Shown piece by piece: positions 44,396 through 53,924 of a DNA stretch of 64,000 nucleotides. The position numbers and the translations under genes were made by a program. Every line of letters begins with the position of its first letter. Position 1 is the stretch's first letter. Below the pieces are notes generated by a model that saw only the letters and a list, made by a program, of their open reading frames with translations, made no database searches and was not told where the DNA came from. The DNA comes from Tetramitus jugosus (lineage: Eukaryota > Protista > Heterolobosea): the NCBI GenBank assembly GCA_937625935.1, contig OW569381.1, forward strand, positions 62,001 through 126,000, written 5' to 3'.

Positions 44396-44589
44396 TGATT
44401 TGTTACTATTGTTATCTTCTGGGTGGTTTTTCAGATCTCGCGTTCTTTGTTATCCTGAAAAAAGTGGTTCTTGACGAGAGGTTGATTTCTCCTCTCTCGA
44501 TCTTCTGGATCAAGAACAAAGCTTCGTTCGAGAAGAGATCATTTCGCATCAAAATCATCAGAGAGAAATAAAAATATTGAGAGCGAGAG

Positions 44590-47253
44590 ATGAGAAGAGC
44601 AACAACAGGATCCATGATGATCAAATCCACCAACCGAACAAGAGCATGTGCTACTCTCTTCTCCTCACTCCCATCACATCATCATCTTTCTCATGTTTGT
44701 CACTATCATAACAGAAAAAGCATGCTTGATCATGATTTTACTATCAACATCAACAACAACAAGACCAATCAACAAAAACATGCATTGTTCAACTCTAGAC
44801 TCAATCAATATCATCACAATCACAACAATCTACAACAACTACATGCTGAAAAACAAGAACATAAAAAAGTCAATGGACATTTACAAGATGAATTCATGCA
44901 TCAATTCATATGGAGTCACTGTGATTTTTTGATACGTGAAGCTCACACCATCCTAACTCTCACTACTCCTTCCACTACTACTACTGCTCTTCACACGAAT
45001 GATGATGATAATGATACGATGATTTGTAAGAAAATAGCACGGGGATCGAATCTTGTCACTGCTGCATTCAACCATCACGATCATCATCATCATGGTCAAA
45101 AGAGTGGTATGAGCAATGATTTGTTGATTGCTTCTTCGTCGAGTGCCATTATGATTCCTCAGTTCACAGATCGATTTCAAATGTTGTTTAGTGTGATTGA
45201 TTGTGTGATTCGATTGACTAGTTGGAATGAGAGACAAGTGTTGAACATGAGTCATTCATTATTGTTTGATAATGATAATGATAATGATGATGAGAAGAGA
45301 AACATGAAGAGTAGTCATGGTAGTCATGGATGGTTCAAGGATTATGAAAATTTGTTTTGTCATGTGGCAAAGGGTGATGTGTTCTATGATGATTCACTGT
45401 TGTTGGGCAAGGATATATCGTCTTCTACAGCAGTATCGGATGACGCCATTTCGAGGGACCAGATAACAAGAGACAAACAACAATTGATGTTTCAGAGGTT
45501 TATGAGACGGCAGATGAATCATGCCATGAATAATGGATTGGGAAGTGGAGGCGGATGGAAGAAGGAGATTCAGAGAATGTACAAGTTGCGTGGACCGAGT
45601 GTCATGGCACACTTGAAGCAGCAGTTTCAAATGGTAATTCAAGTTTTGAGCAGAATGGAGACTGCTGTGCCATCGTACTGTCACGAAACACAACAAGTGG
45701 TTTATTTGGATGCGAGAATTGTGGCTGCTTTTGTCGACTTGATTCTAGAGTCTGAAGTGTTTGCGAATCATGGGGCCATTATTGAAAAGTGTGATCGTTT
45801 GATGAGCTTGATTAAAGAAGTGAAGAAGAATGAGAGACACGGTGCAGCGAAACGAGTAGTTGATTATTATTTGATTGAGCGATTGTCTGTTGCGTTGAAG
45901 CGCGAAAGAGAGATATCGGATCGTTTGGACGAGCTGAGTCCAATGTTGGATGCACAGGGTGAGAATGACGTCGTAGATGATGTCTTGAAAGGGAAGATGG
46001 AAGATCTGACAAATCTTGTTCAATCATATATTCATCAAGAACCGATCATACCTCTTTATTATTCCTTGAGAAGAGTACTCACTTTGCAAATGTCATGGAA
46101 TACAGAACAACAAGCAAAACAAATGAAGAAGGATTGTGATACTCTGATTGATCGATTGGGACAAAAGGGTGACGTGGATGCTTATATTGATCGAGCAATA
46201 GCGTTGGCAGAGATGAAACGATATGATGAAGCTGAGCGGGATTGTCTCACTGCATTGTCTTTGAACCCTGTTTTACCTGACGTGTACTTTTATCTCGTGT
46301 CGTTTGATCTGATTCGAGGCCACTTTATCAATGGTCTTTTGTTGGTCAATGAGGCAATATTTGCACTACAGCACCTTTTACATAGCAGACCAGGTTACAT
46401 TGAAATGTTGGAAGAGTTTAAAACAGAGTGCTTAAGTATTTGCAAGGAAGGCATCAAAAATCATTCGCTGTACGAAATTATATTGAATTTGATCGAGTGT
46501 AGAGTGTTGCTCGTTACAACGCCGATTGTTGATTCGGAGCAGTTTTGTCATCTGTTCGAACGATTGATCGATCACTGTCGAGTCAAAATCATGTCTCAAT
46601 TCCCGAACAACATTGAACTCATCTGTGCAGTTCACATGTTGAACGTCATGTATGAAGTCCAGGTTCTGCGGAAAACAACCGACGTGTTTCATAAGCTGAT
46701 GCACATCCAATCATTGATGCCGAATCATCCAGGTGTGCAACACTTTATCGGTGTTACATACTTTCATGCCTATGGCTGCTTGGTCGATAATGAAGAATAT
46801 TACGCAGAGGCTTACATGTTGTTGGAACAATCGTCCAACTCTTTCAACAAAGCTCTCTCATTGTCCCAGAATCAACCTGTAAAGAAGTACAGGTTCACAC
46901 CTTACCGTACAATGTCAAGTTTAGCAGCTGTTACGGCATACATGGAACAGGAGAATGATGCGTATCGTATCCGAGTTTGTACAGATGCCCTGGAGAAGCT
47001 CAAGGATCAACCAAACAATTTGGCTGTATCAAAATTGTTGATGTATCGATCGTCTTTTGCTGAGCATGGTGGTCTCTACATGGAAGCACTCAAAGACCTG
47101 GACAAGATTCTAGTCTACAATCCATTCAATGTGAATGCACTTCGCAGGCGAAGAGACTTGCTAAACAGGCTGAATATCCGTCCAGAGATTGCTCAAGAGG
47201 ATGACCGCCTCATCTCCATTCTCGTCCAGGAATCCAATGCCATTATTGAATAA
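44590..47253 (+). CDS. TPR-containing protein, possible mitochondrial presequence
   Basis: TPRs (AYIDRAIALAEMKRYDEAERDCLTALSLNP; EALKDLDKILVYNP). Confidence 0.7.
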   Translation: MRRATTGSMMIKSTNRTRACATLFSSLPSHHHLSHVCHYHNRKSMLDHDFTININNNKTNQQKHALFNSRLNQYHHNHNNLQQLHAEKQEHKKVNGHLQDEFMHQFIWSHCDFLIREAHTILTLTTPSTTTTALHTNDDDNDTMICKKIARGSNLVTAAFNHHDHHHHGQKSGMSNDLLIASSSSAIMIPQFTDRFQMLFSVIDCVIRLTSWNERQVLNMSHSLLFDNDNDNDDEKRNMKSSHGSHGWFKDYENLFCHVAKGDVFYDDSLLLGKDISSSTAVSDDAISRDQITRDKQQLMFQRFMRRQMNHAMNNGLGSGGGWKKEIQRMYKLRGPSVMAHLKQQFQMVIQVLSRMETAVPSYCHETQQVVYLDARIVAAFVDLILESEVFANHGAIIEKCDRLMSLIKEVKKNERHGAAKRVVDYYLIERLSVALKREREISDRLDELSPMLDAQGENDVVDDVLKGKMEDLTNLVQSYIHQEPIIPLYYSLRRVLTLQMSWNTEQQAKQMKKDCDTLIDRLGQKGDVDAYIDRAIALAEMKRYDEAERDCLTALSLNPVLPDVYFYLVSFDLIRGHFINGLLLVNEAIFALQHLLHSRPGYIEMLEEFKTECLSICKEGIKNHSLYEIILNLIECRVLLVTTPIVDSEQFCHLFERLIDHCRVKIMSQFPNNIELICAVHMLNVMYEVQVLRKTTDVFHKLMHIQSLMPNHPGVQHFIGVTYFHAYGCLVDNEEYYAEAYMLLEQSSNSFNKALSLSQNQPVKKYRFTPYRTMSSLAAVTAYMEQENDAYRIRVCTDALEKLKDQPNNLAVSKLLMYRSSFAEHGGLYMEALKDLDKILVYNPFNVNALRRRRDLLNRLNIRPEIAQEDDRLISILVQESNAIIE

Positions 47254-47370
47254 GTTGATCCGTAAAACAACACGTTTCCTTCAGATCAGACACCGTCTTC
47301 GAAACTGAAAAGAAACACCCAGATCACACCAAAAAAAAGAAATCATTTCAATTTTCATGCAGATCTGACC

Positions 47371-48417
47371 ATGAACTACAAACAGATGGATGAATTGCCA
47401 AACGATATACTCGTTTCCATACTATCGTATCTTCCCGCTCACACCATTATCAACTGTTGTGGTGGTGTCTCTGTTCGGTGGCACCAATTGATTCATTATG
47501 GCGCGATTGAACCTAATGGGCAACAAAAGGACAATGTTGGTGAAGGCTATCACTTTCATTCGGATTGGTTGTGGGAGGATATATTTATGGCACGATGGAT
47601 GAAAAATCAACTGTCGACAACTGCAACTACGACTGCTCCCTCAGCAACAACAACACCACTGGTTGAAAGTGAACAAGTGACCCGTGATCTTTGTTGGAAG
47701 GAGAAATTTGAGGTACAGTTGGCTCATTTGTACACTTGTAGAGTATGTCATGAACGTAGATCGCTCAATGATAGGATACGGGAGCATACTGTGGTTCACC
47801 CTTGCGAATGCCCTGGTTTCGTTGATCAAAGTTGTTTGGATCAAAGTGAGCGAAGTGGATTCGGTATCTTTCGTATGCCGTACAAGTACTGTAGTGCATG
47901 CAAGTCGTTTTATTGCTTGGAACGATCAAAGGATACTATTGTTCATCCTGCATTGTCCTCAATGGTTCAATTGAGTGTGGAACTAAGTTTATTGTTTGCG
48001 CTATATGTATTTGTTTGTTGGATGAGTTGGTGGTTGCTAGGAAAACCCTTGCTATTGGTGAATGCACCGAGTGAGAGCTCATACTTGGACAAGTTGACGA
48101 TGTACTCGCATGCCGCATCGATCATGGGGTTCTTCTTGTTTTGTGTCATTGTTATACTGTTGGATGTTGCAATAGTCTTATCTGGGAATGTAACAACCAA
48201 TTCATTTTCCGATCTGTTATTCAATTGGCAAGACAGTGATCAGGACTTGTTTACGGTCGCTCCTGGTGACCACTACTCCTTTGTTGGTTACACAATGATG
48301 GTAGTGGCTGTTTGTACCGTATTGAGCATTATCACCTATCGAAACACTGTAACGTACAACAGACGAATGACGCGCTACTATCAAGCCAAGGATTCTCAAC
48401 ACAGTCTCATAAATTGA
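47371..48417 (+). CDS. F-box + RINGv(MARCH)-like + multi-TM protein
   Basis: ELPNDILVSILSYLP F-box; CRVC...HPCECPG..DQSC...CSAC RINGv-like motif; about 3 TM helices. Confidence 0.75.
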   Translation: MNYKQMDELPNDILVSILSYLPAHTIINCCGGVSVRWHQLIHYGAIEPNGQQKDNVGEGYHFHSDWLWEDIFMARWMKNQLSTTATTTAPSATTTPLVESEQVTRDLCWKEKFEVQLAHLYTCRVCHERRSLNDRIREHTVVHPCECPGFVDQSCLDQSERSGFGIFRMPYKYCSACKSFYCLERSKDTIVHPALSSMVQLSVELSLLFALYVFVCWMSWWLLGKPLLLVNAPSESSYLDKLTMYSHAASIMGFFLFCVIVILLDVAIVLSGNVTTNSFSDLLFNWQDSDQDLFTVAPGDHYSFVGYTMMVVAVCTVLSIITYRNTVTYNRRMTRYYQAKDSQHSLIN

Positions 48418-48513
48418 GTTTGTTCATAACAACTTTTGTAAATGTTCGTCTTTAACATTTACAAAATGAATTAGCCACATAAAGAAGACTCCCCTTTGAA
48501 CCAAAACTCAGTA

Positions 48514-48586
48514 CTCCTCCAGTTGGGCTCGAACCAACGACCTGCAGGTTAACAGCCTGACGCTCTACCAACTGAGCCATGGAGGA
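48514..48586 (-). tRNA. tRNA-Asn(GTT)
   Basis: TCCTCCA/TGGAGGA-G acceptor; anticodon loop CTGTTAA; GGTTCGAGCCC B-box. Confidence 0.96.
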
Positions 48587-48632
48587 CACATTTCTGTGAC
48601 ATCAGCAAAAAAAGATAGGGTTCTACTTGCCT

Positions 48633-49951
48633 AAAAAACGCAGAAAAAAACGGAATCACATGTCTGGTGATTCAACAAATTTGGTGAAGGAATACGGCAA
48701 CAGCCGTTACGCAGTGTGGACCACTGCACGGAAAGGCTCTAGGCCAAGTGACAGAGAGGTGGTCATTACTGGCAACGGTAATGGTGTCTCTCAGTCATCT
48801 TTGGCAAGAAAGATAGGAGCGGAGTTTGGTGACTGGCTCAACCGAGTCCAGGTCATCAAGAGGAAAGGCCAGCAACGCTTTGTTGCATGGGTGACGGTCA
48901 AAGGCGACCGCATCTATGACTTTGTTGAGTTGTTCAACAAAGAGAGGAGGATTGGCAACAGCACTGCTGCACCCAAGCGCAGTGTTGATTGTACAAGAAA
49001 GGTGGTCGTCCATGGCATGAAGAACATGTCAGTGGACGACATCAAGAAGCTACTGGGACCTGAGAAGGTTGCCAGTGTGCTCAAGAAGCGTGACACTGCT
49101 TTCGTGGTCATGGGTGATGAAACCTATGCACGAGCAGTGCTCAGCGGAGAGAACAAGGTAAAGGCCACGGTCACTCGATACGTCGAGAGACCACATGATC
49201 CTCTCAAGGCTGTCAACAGGAGGTTGACGAAGATGTACGAGGAGCTGCTGACGGTGGTTGACGCACTGCGTCTACAGGTCACAGAACTCACCAAGGAATT
49301 GACAAAGACAAAGGGTCAAGAGAGCAACAAACCGGTTCCGATACCGGAACCAGAAGTTGCACAAAGTACTGCTCCTGATCTAATGGAGGCAGAAGAACAA
49401 AGGAGTGCAACACCACTGCCAACAGTGCCTGTTGTACAGCTCAGCGCTGAAAATCGGCAAATCCTGGAGCAAGTGAATACCACTTCTCCAGTGTTTGCAA
49501 GAGTGAAGAAGGAAATTGCTGCATTGGCACTGGCTGCTGCACGCAAAAGGTATGGTTTGACTGAGGACGAACCAGTCATTGTGGATGTGGATGATGACTC
49601 CGAAAAGGAGATTCAGAGCCCACAACTCAATGACAACAAGAAGAGGAGTGCCAGGATCACACTGGGTGATCTGATGAGCAACAAGGCCCAAAACAAGAAA
49701 ACAACAACAGATGGCTCTGTGTCCATCGACGGTCCTACTACAAGGTTACGCTCTTTGATGAAGGGCATCAACCAAAACACTCACCAGAGTGATTCTTCCA
49801 ACCTGTAGGTGCACCGTCGGGGACAACAAGAGAAGAAGAGTGAATGACGCCCTACGGGTCGTCACTCACAAAACAAGTCAATAAATGAGCAATCGTGTGC
49901 TTGCGCAAGCACACATGGTTGTATGGAACAAAAAAAAAATAAAAAAAAAAA
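48633..49951 (+). mobile_element. Element E1: ORF1-only non-autonomous retroelement with poly(A) and 16-bp flanking duplication
   Basis: AGGGTTCTACTTGCCT at 48617-48632 and 49952-49967; single ORF; 3' UTR with hairpin, AATAAA, 20-bp palindrome (49895-49914), TGGTTGTAT and an A-tail. Confidence 0.85.
48660..49808 (+). CDS. Retroelement ORF1 protein (RRM-like domains + coiled coil), intact, 382 aa
   Basis: KVVVHGM...TAFVVM RNP2/RNP1-like motifs; heptads RLTKMYEELLTVVDALRLQVTELTKEL; four paralogous remnants nearby. Confidence 0.75.
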   Translation: MSGDSTNLVKEYGNSRYAVWTTARKGSRPSDREVVITGNGNGVSQSSLARKIGAEFGDWLNRVQVIKRKGQQRFVAWVTVKGDRIYDFVELFNKERRIGNSTAAPKRSVDCTRKVVVHGMKNMSVDDIKKLLGPEKVASVLKKRDTAFVVMGDETYARAVLSGENKVKATVTRYVERPHDPLKAVNRRLTKMYEELLTVVDALRLQVTELTKELTKTKGQESNKPVPIPEPEVAQSTAPDLMEAEEQRSATPLPTVPVVQLSAENRQILEQVNTTSPVFARVKKEIAALALAAARKRYGLTEDEPVIVDVDDDSEKEIQSPQLNDNKKRSARITLGDLMSNKAQNKKTTTDGSVSIDGPTTRLRSLMKGINQNTHQSDSSNL

Positions 49952-51324
49952 AGGGTTCTACTTGCCTTAAAAAAACGCCGATGAAAAAACGAACACACAC
50001 CCCTGTTGTTCGTGAGTATGAGAATCCACGCTATGCTGTGTGGACCACAGCACCAAGAGGAACTGCACCAAGCAAGGAGGTCATCATCACTGGAAAGTGT
50101 GATGACTCTCCCAAGGCTGCCTTGGCCAAGAAGATTGGCTTGGATTTTGGTGATTTGCTCACCAGGGTTCAAGTCATCAAGAAGGGCCCTTCCCCAAGAG
50201 GTTTGTTGCGTGGGTAACTGTTGTTGATGACAACATTTACCCATTTGTTGAATCCTTCAACCACAACAAGAAGATGAGTGGCTGCAAGGCAGCACTCAAG
50301 CACAACGTAGATTGTGCCAAGAAGGTCGTCCTCCACGGTGTCAAAGGTAAGACGGAGGACGACATCAAGGCCATGCTTGGCACAACAAAGGTCAAGAACG
50401 TGCTCAAGAAGCACGACACTGCCTTTGTTGTGATGGAGTCCGAAACGTATGCCGAAGCTTTGCTTCGGAACGTTCAATCCATGCCAGTGGAGGTGGAAGC
50501 AAAGCGCTTCCTTCCACGCCCACGTGATCCCGTCAAGGCTGTCAGCAAGAGGCTGACCAAGATGTACCAAGAGCTACTGGCTGTGGTGGACGACCTGCGC
50601 CATCAAGTCAGTGTGTTAAGAGATATGGCTTCCGTCAACCGGATTCCCCTCGCATCCCCGTCCCCAAGGACGGAGCGAATCCCCGAATTCGAACCTTCGA
50701 CTCCGTCTACGACCGATGACTGGGAGTCGATCATGCCGGAGTCCCATCCCGCCACTCCAACTACGGTCAACCAAGAGCCAACCAACAACACCATTGATGA
50801 GGATGCTCGTAACAGAGCAATCCTCGAGCTAGTATTGAACACCTCCGAGGTGTTCAAGAAAGTCAAGAAAGAGATTGCTGCCCGAGCAATCATGGTGGAT
50901 CGTGCAAGAAGCACAACCACCGAAGAAGATCCAGTTGAGTTGGATCTCAGTAACCCCGACTGTGAGTTACAGAGTCCCCAACTCAACGAACACAAGAAGC
51001 GATCAGCACGTGTCACCGTTGGTGACACTGCTGTCAACAAGATCCCGGCCAGGTTGGCCAGTATCAAGTCAGGTGCTCTCCGTAGGTCCTACCAACTGGC
51101 TAGGACTACGGATCCATCTGACCTCACCAGTGGTGCTCCAGATGGTAGTGGAGGCCCTCGCAACGAATCCCTAAAGAAGGGATCAAAACAACATTCCAAG
51201 AAGAGAATGAATCCTGTTGCGTAGGCCTGCCACTCCACTGGGCAAGCACCACATCATGTTAGACAATTGAGAGCAGGCAAGCCTGCTCTCACACAAAAGA
51301 CAAATAAAAGTTCAGCAACGTGGT

Positions 51325-52936
51325 CTTTAGAAAAAAATATGAACGGCGATTGAAGTCTCTCTGACCGGCACCGGTCAAGCGGAGGGTTCAAAATGTCGCT
51401 CAAGGGTTGTCGAGTCAAGAAAGAGTGACCGGAGAATGAACACAGGGGTCAATCATCAATGAACCCACATGACCACGAGCGGTCAGACAAGGGTCACTCG
51501 AGCGTCTGACCTGGCTGTGGTCAAGTTGCGATCCAAGCACGTTTGATCAACCGCTCAGACCTCTTTGGCCTGTATCGGACTTGTCAATAAAGGGAACTTG
51601 GATCCATCTACTTCAGTAGAATTGTCATTCATTCTTGTTTTCAAGTTTTTGCCTCGTTTTGCCGTAGCTCTGTGCTTCACGACCTCTCAATTTTGAGATA
51701 CAAAAATTGAAAACCAAAACCATACAAAATCACAACAACTAACAAACAAATTAACATTATGTATACAGACCACCAACTGCAAACTCCACAAACAAGTGGT
51801 CAAGCTGATACAACACCACAACAAGCCATCTACTCTCAAGGTTTCTCCCAAGTACAGAACGGATCTCCCTACAACCATATTGCAAGTGTCCACGGCAATC
51901 CTATGGTTTTTACTCAAGCTCTGTCTCCTGGGTATCAAGCCATCCATCAACAACAGCAGCAGACTCCTCCAAGAGGCTTCCAAAAGTTGATGGAGATAGA
52001 GATGCATGGATTGACGATGCCTGGATGTCAAACAAGTCCAAATTCTTGGAACTGCTGCCAGAGTGGTCCAATGGCTCCTCTGCACTGAAAGAGGATAGAT
52101 TATCAGTGGTAATGTAGAACATTTTATTGTATTTTGTTTCAACAACAAACAATGCTAACTTTTGAGTAGTGGAAGCATATTCTAAAGCACTACTATTTGT
52201 GTAGATACATGAGGGATGTGAGCATGTACACCAATCCCGAACAAACAAGCAATTTGGTTCAAGTAGATGCTGAACAGTTTGAACTGTTCAAGAAGAAGAT
52301 GCTATTCTAGTCCTTAACAGAGGAAAATTTCAAGCAATGGAGGAATTCAGGTGAGAATGACCAAGCTGTAGGATTGGTATGTAGTGTTTATTGAAGTTGT
52401 TAACAATGGTACTAACTTTTGTATACCTAGTGATACGACAAGTGGGTGGAATTCTTTATGGATTCTTCAATGACTCTCAAGCAGTTGAAGATGAACGCTC
52501 CTGCAATCAGGAAGAACAAGGATTTGTGTCATGATAGCTCTGGAAGTGAAGAGAGCCAACAAACAGTGGTTTGATTGGTGTATTGATTTTGTCATTGAAT
52601 AAATTTTTACAATTCTCCTGCAATTACTTTACAATCATTTTTATAGTCAATACAACCATTACAACAAACACCGGAGCGGACCAATCGGATCCTTTGAGAC
52701 ATAGGAGCAGACCAATTATACTCTGCGGTCATCACGATTTGACACAATGTGGACCGTCGCCCAAGAATTGTTCATCGCCGGTTCAAGCTCATCCGGTCAC
52801 TCCCAGTTCCTGGTTCGGTCAGACATTCCCCCCAAGCTGACCGGTCAGTGACCGAACACCTGACCGATGCTCATTGAACGGCGAGTGAACGAAAAATGAG
52901 CGGAGGTCAAGAAATCGGTCCAATTTTTTTCTAAAG
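51325..52936. mobile_element. Non-autonomous DNA transposon, CACTA/EnSpm-like
   Basis: Perfect 14-bp TIR CTTTAGAAAAAAAT (51325-51338 / 52923-52936); 2-bp TSD GT; dense TGACCG/CGGTCA subterminal repeats at both ends; removing it restores the E2 3' hairpin. Confidence 0.85.
51759..52570 (+). pseudogene. Decayed intron-containing gene inside the TIR element
   Basis: Q-rich ORF from ATG 51759, then a frameshift; candidate introns 52109-~52169 (GTAATG...TGCTAAC...AG) and 52377-52430 (GTATGT...TACTAAC...TAG); in-frame stops. Confidence 0.5.
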
Positions 52937-52970
52937 GTGCGCGAGCACCATTTGTTGTATTAAAAAAAAA

Positions 52971-53607
52971 CAAAAACAACGCGAAAACAGATGCAAACAA
53001 ACGAAATCACGTAATTTTCCATCCTCTCAAGGAGTGCGCGAGTATGTCAAGAACAGGCATGCTGTATGGACTACACTTCCCACAGGAGGTACAGTCAACA
53101 AACATGAAGTCATTCAGGGCAACAACCAACAGGGCTCGGTCATGGAGGTTGCGAGACATGTCGCAAACAGGTGTTCACCTTGGGCAACTAGAGTCCAGGT
53201 GATCAAATGGGAGAAAGATGAGTATATTGCATGGTTCAACCTCAAGAAAGACGAGATCTATGAGTTTGTGGAGCATTTCAACACCACAGTGTGTGAAAAA
53301 TGCCAAGGCATCCATCAAGAGAGGATTAGAAAATGACAAGAAGCTTGTTATGCACGGTGTTGAAGGAAAAACTACGGAGGAGATTGCAAGACTTGTTGGA
53401 ACTGAGAGTACAGCAAGTGGTGAAGAACAACAATACGGCCTTTGTGACAATGAGGTCGCCGACATACGTGCAAGCACTGATTGGAGATTCTAGTCTCAGT
53501 GTGAAGGTGAGCAAGTACAAAGGAGGGATGAACGAATCATGGTGGTTAACCGAAGATTGGAAACCACTAGAAAACAACTAACTCTAATGGTCGAGATTGT
53601 ACCTTGA
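52971..53607 (+). mobile_element. Element E3: decayed ORF1 copy, 3'-truncated
   Basis: VREYVKNRHAVWTT...RVQVIKWEKDEYIAWFNLKKDEIYEFVEHFN, KLVMHGVEGKT, NTAFVTM and VVNRRL spread over several frames. Confidence 0.8.
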
Positions 53608-53809
53608 ATGACACCAAAGCAAGATTGCTCCTCAATCGTTGCATTCAAGGTACACGTATAAAATATCTTTATGAAGTGTACACTATTTACAAACAGTTGA
53701 ATCCTCTGAAGTCAGTGGGACGAAAAAGATATAGATTATCCATCCATCCAATATTGATCTGAAAGATACAGTATAGAGGTCCCAGGTCAATTCGATGAGA
53801 AAAAATCTT

Positions 53810-53880
53810 CTCGAGCACCGGGAATCGAACCCGGGTCGCCAGAGTGACAGTCTGGAATGCTACCCCTATACCATGCCCGA
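53810..53880 (-). tRNA. tRNA-Asp(GTC)
   Basis: TCGGGCA/TGCTCGA-G acceptor; CCAGA-CTGTCAC-TCTGG anticodon arm; GGTTCGATTCC B-box; T6 terminator. Confidence 0.96.
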
Positions 53881-53924
53881 TGTGTTCCTTAGTTTCATCT
53901 TTCAAAATGCACCTCTGGAGAAGT

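Larger units (their letters stand above)
49968..52970 (+). mobile_element. Element E2: ORF1-only retroelement with one frameshift; 3' UTR interrupted by a DNA transposon
   Basis: ORF1 49981-51224 with a frameshift at ~50190-50197; hairpin 51268-51291; AATAAA; 3' end resumes at 52937 as GTGCGCGAGCACCATTTGTTGTATT-A9. Confidence 0.85.

Noticed and set aside
51340-52920. Clustered TGACCG/CGGTCA motifs as a CRISPR-like or regulatory array
   Set aside because: Spacing is irregular, both orientations occur, and they are confined to the ends of a TIR-bounded insert, so they are better explained as subterminal repeats.
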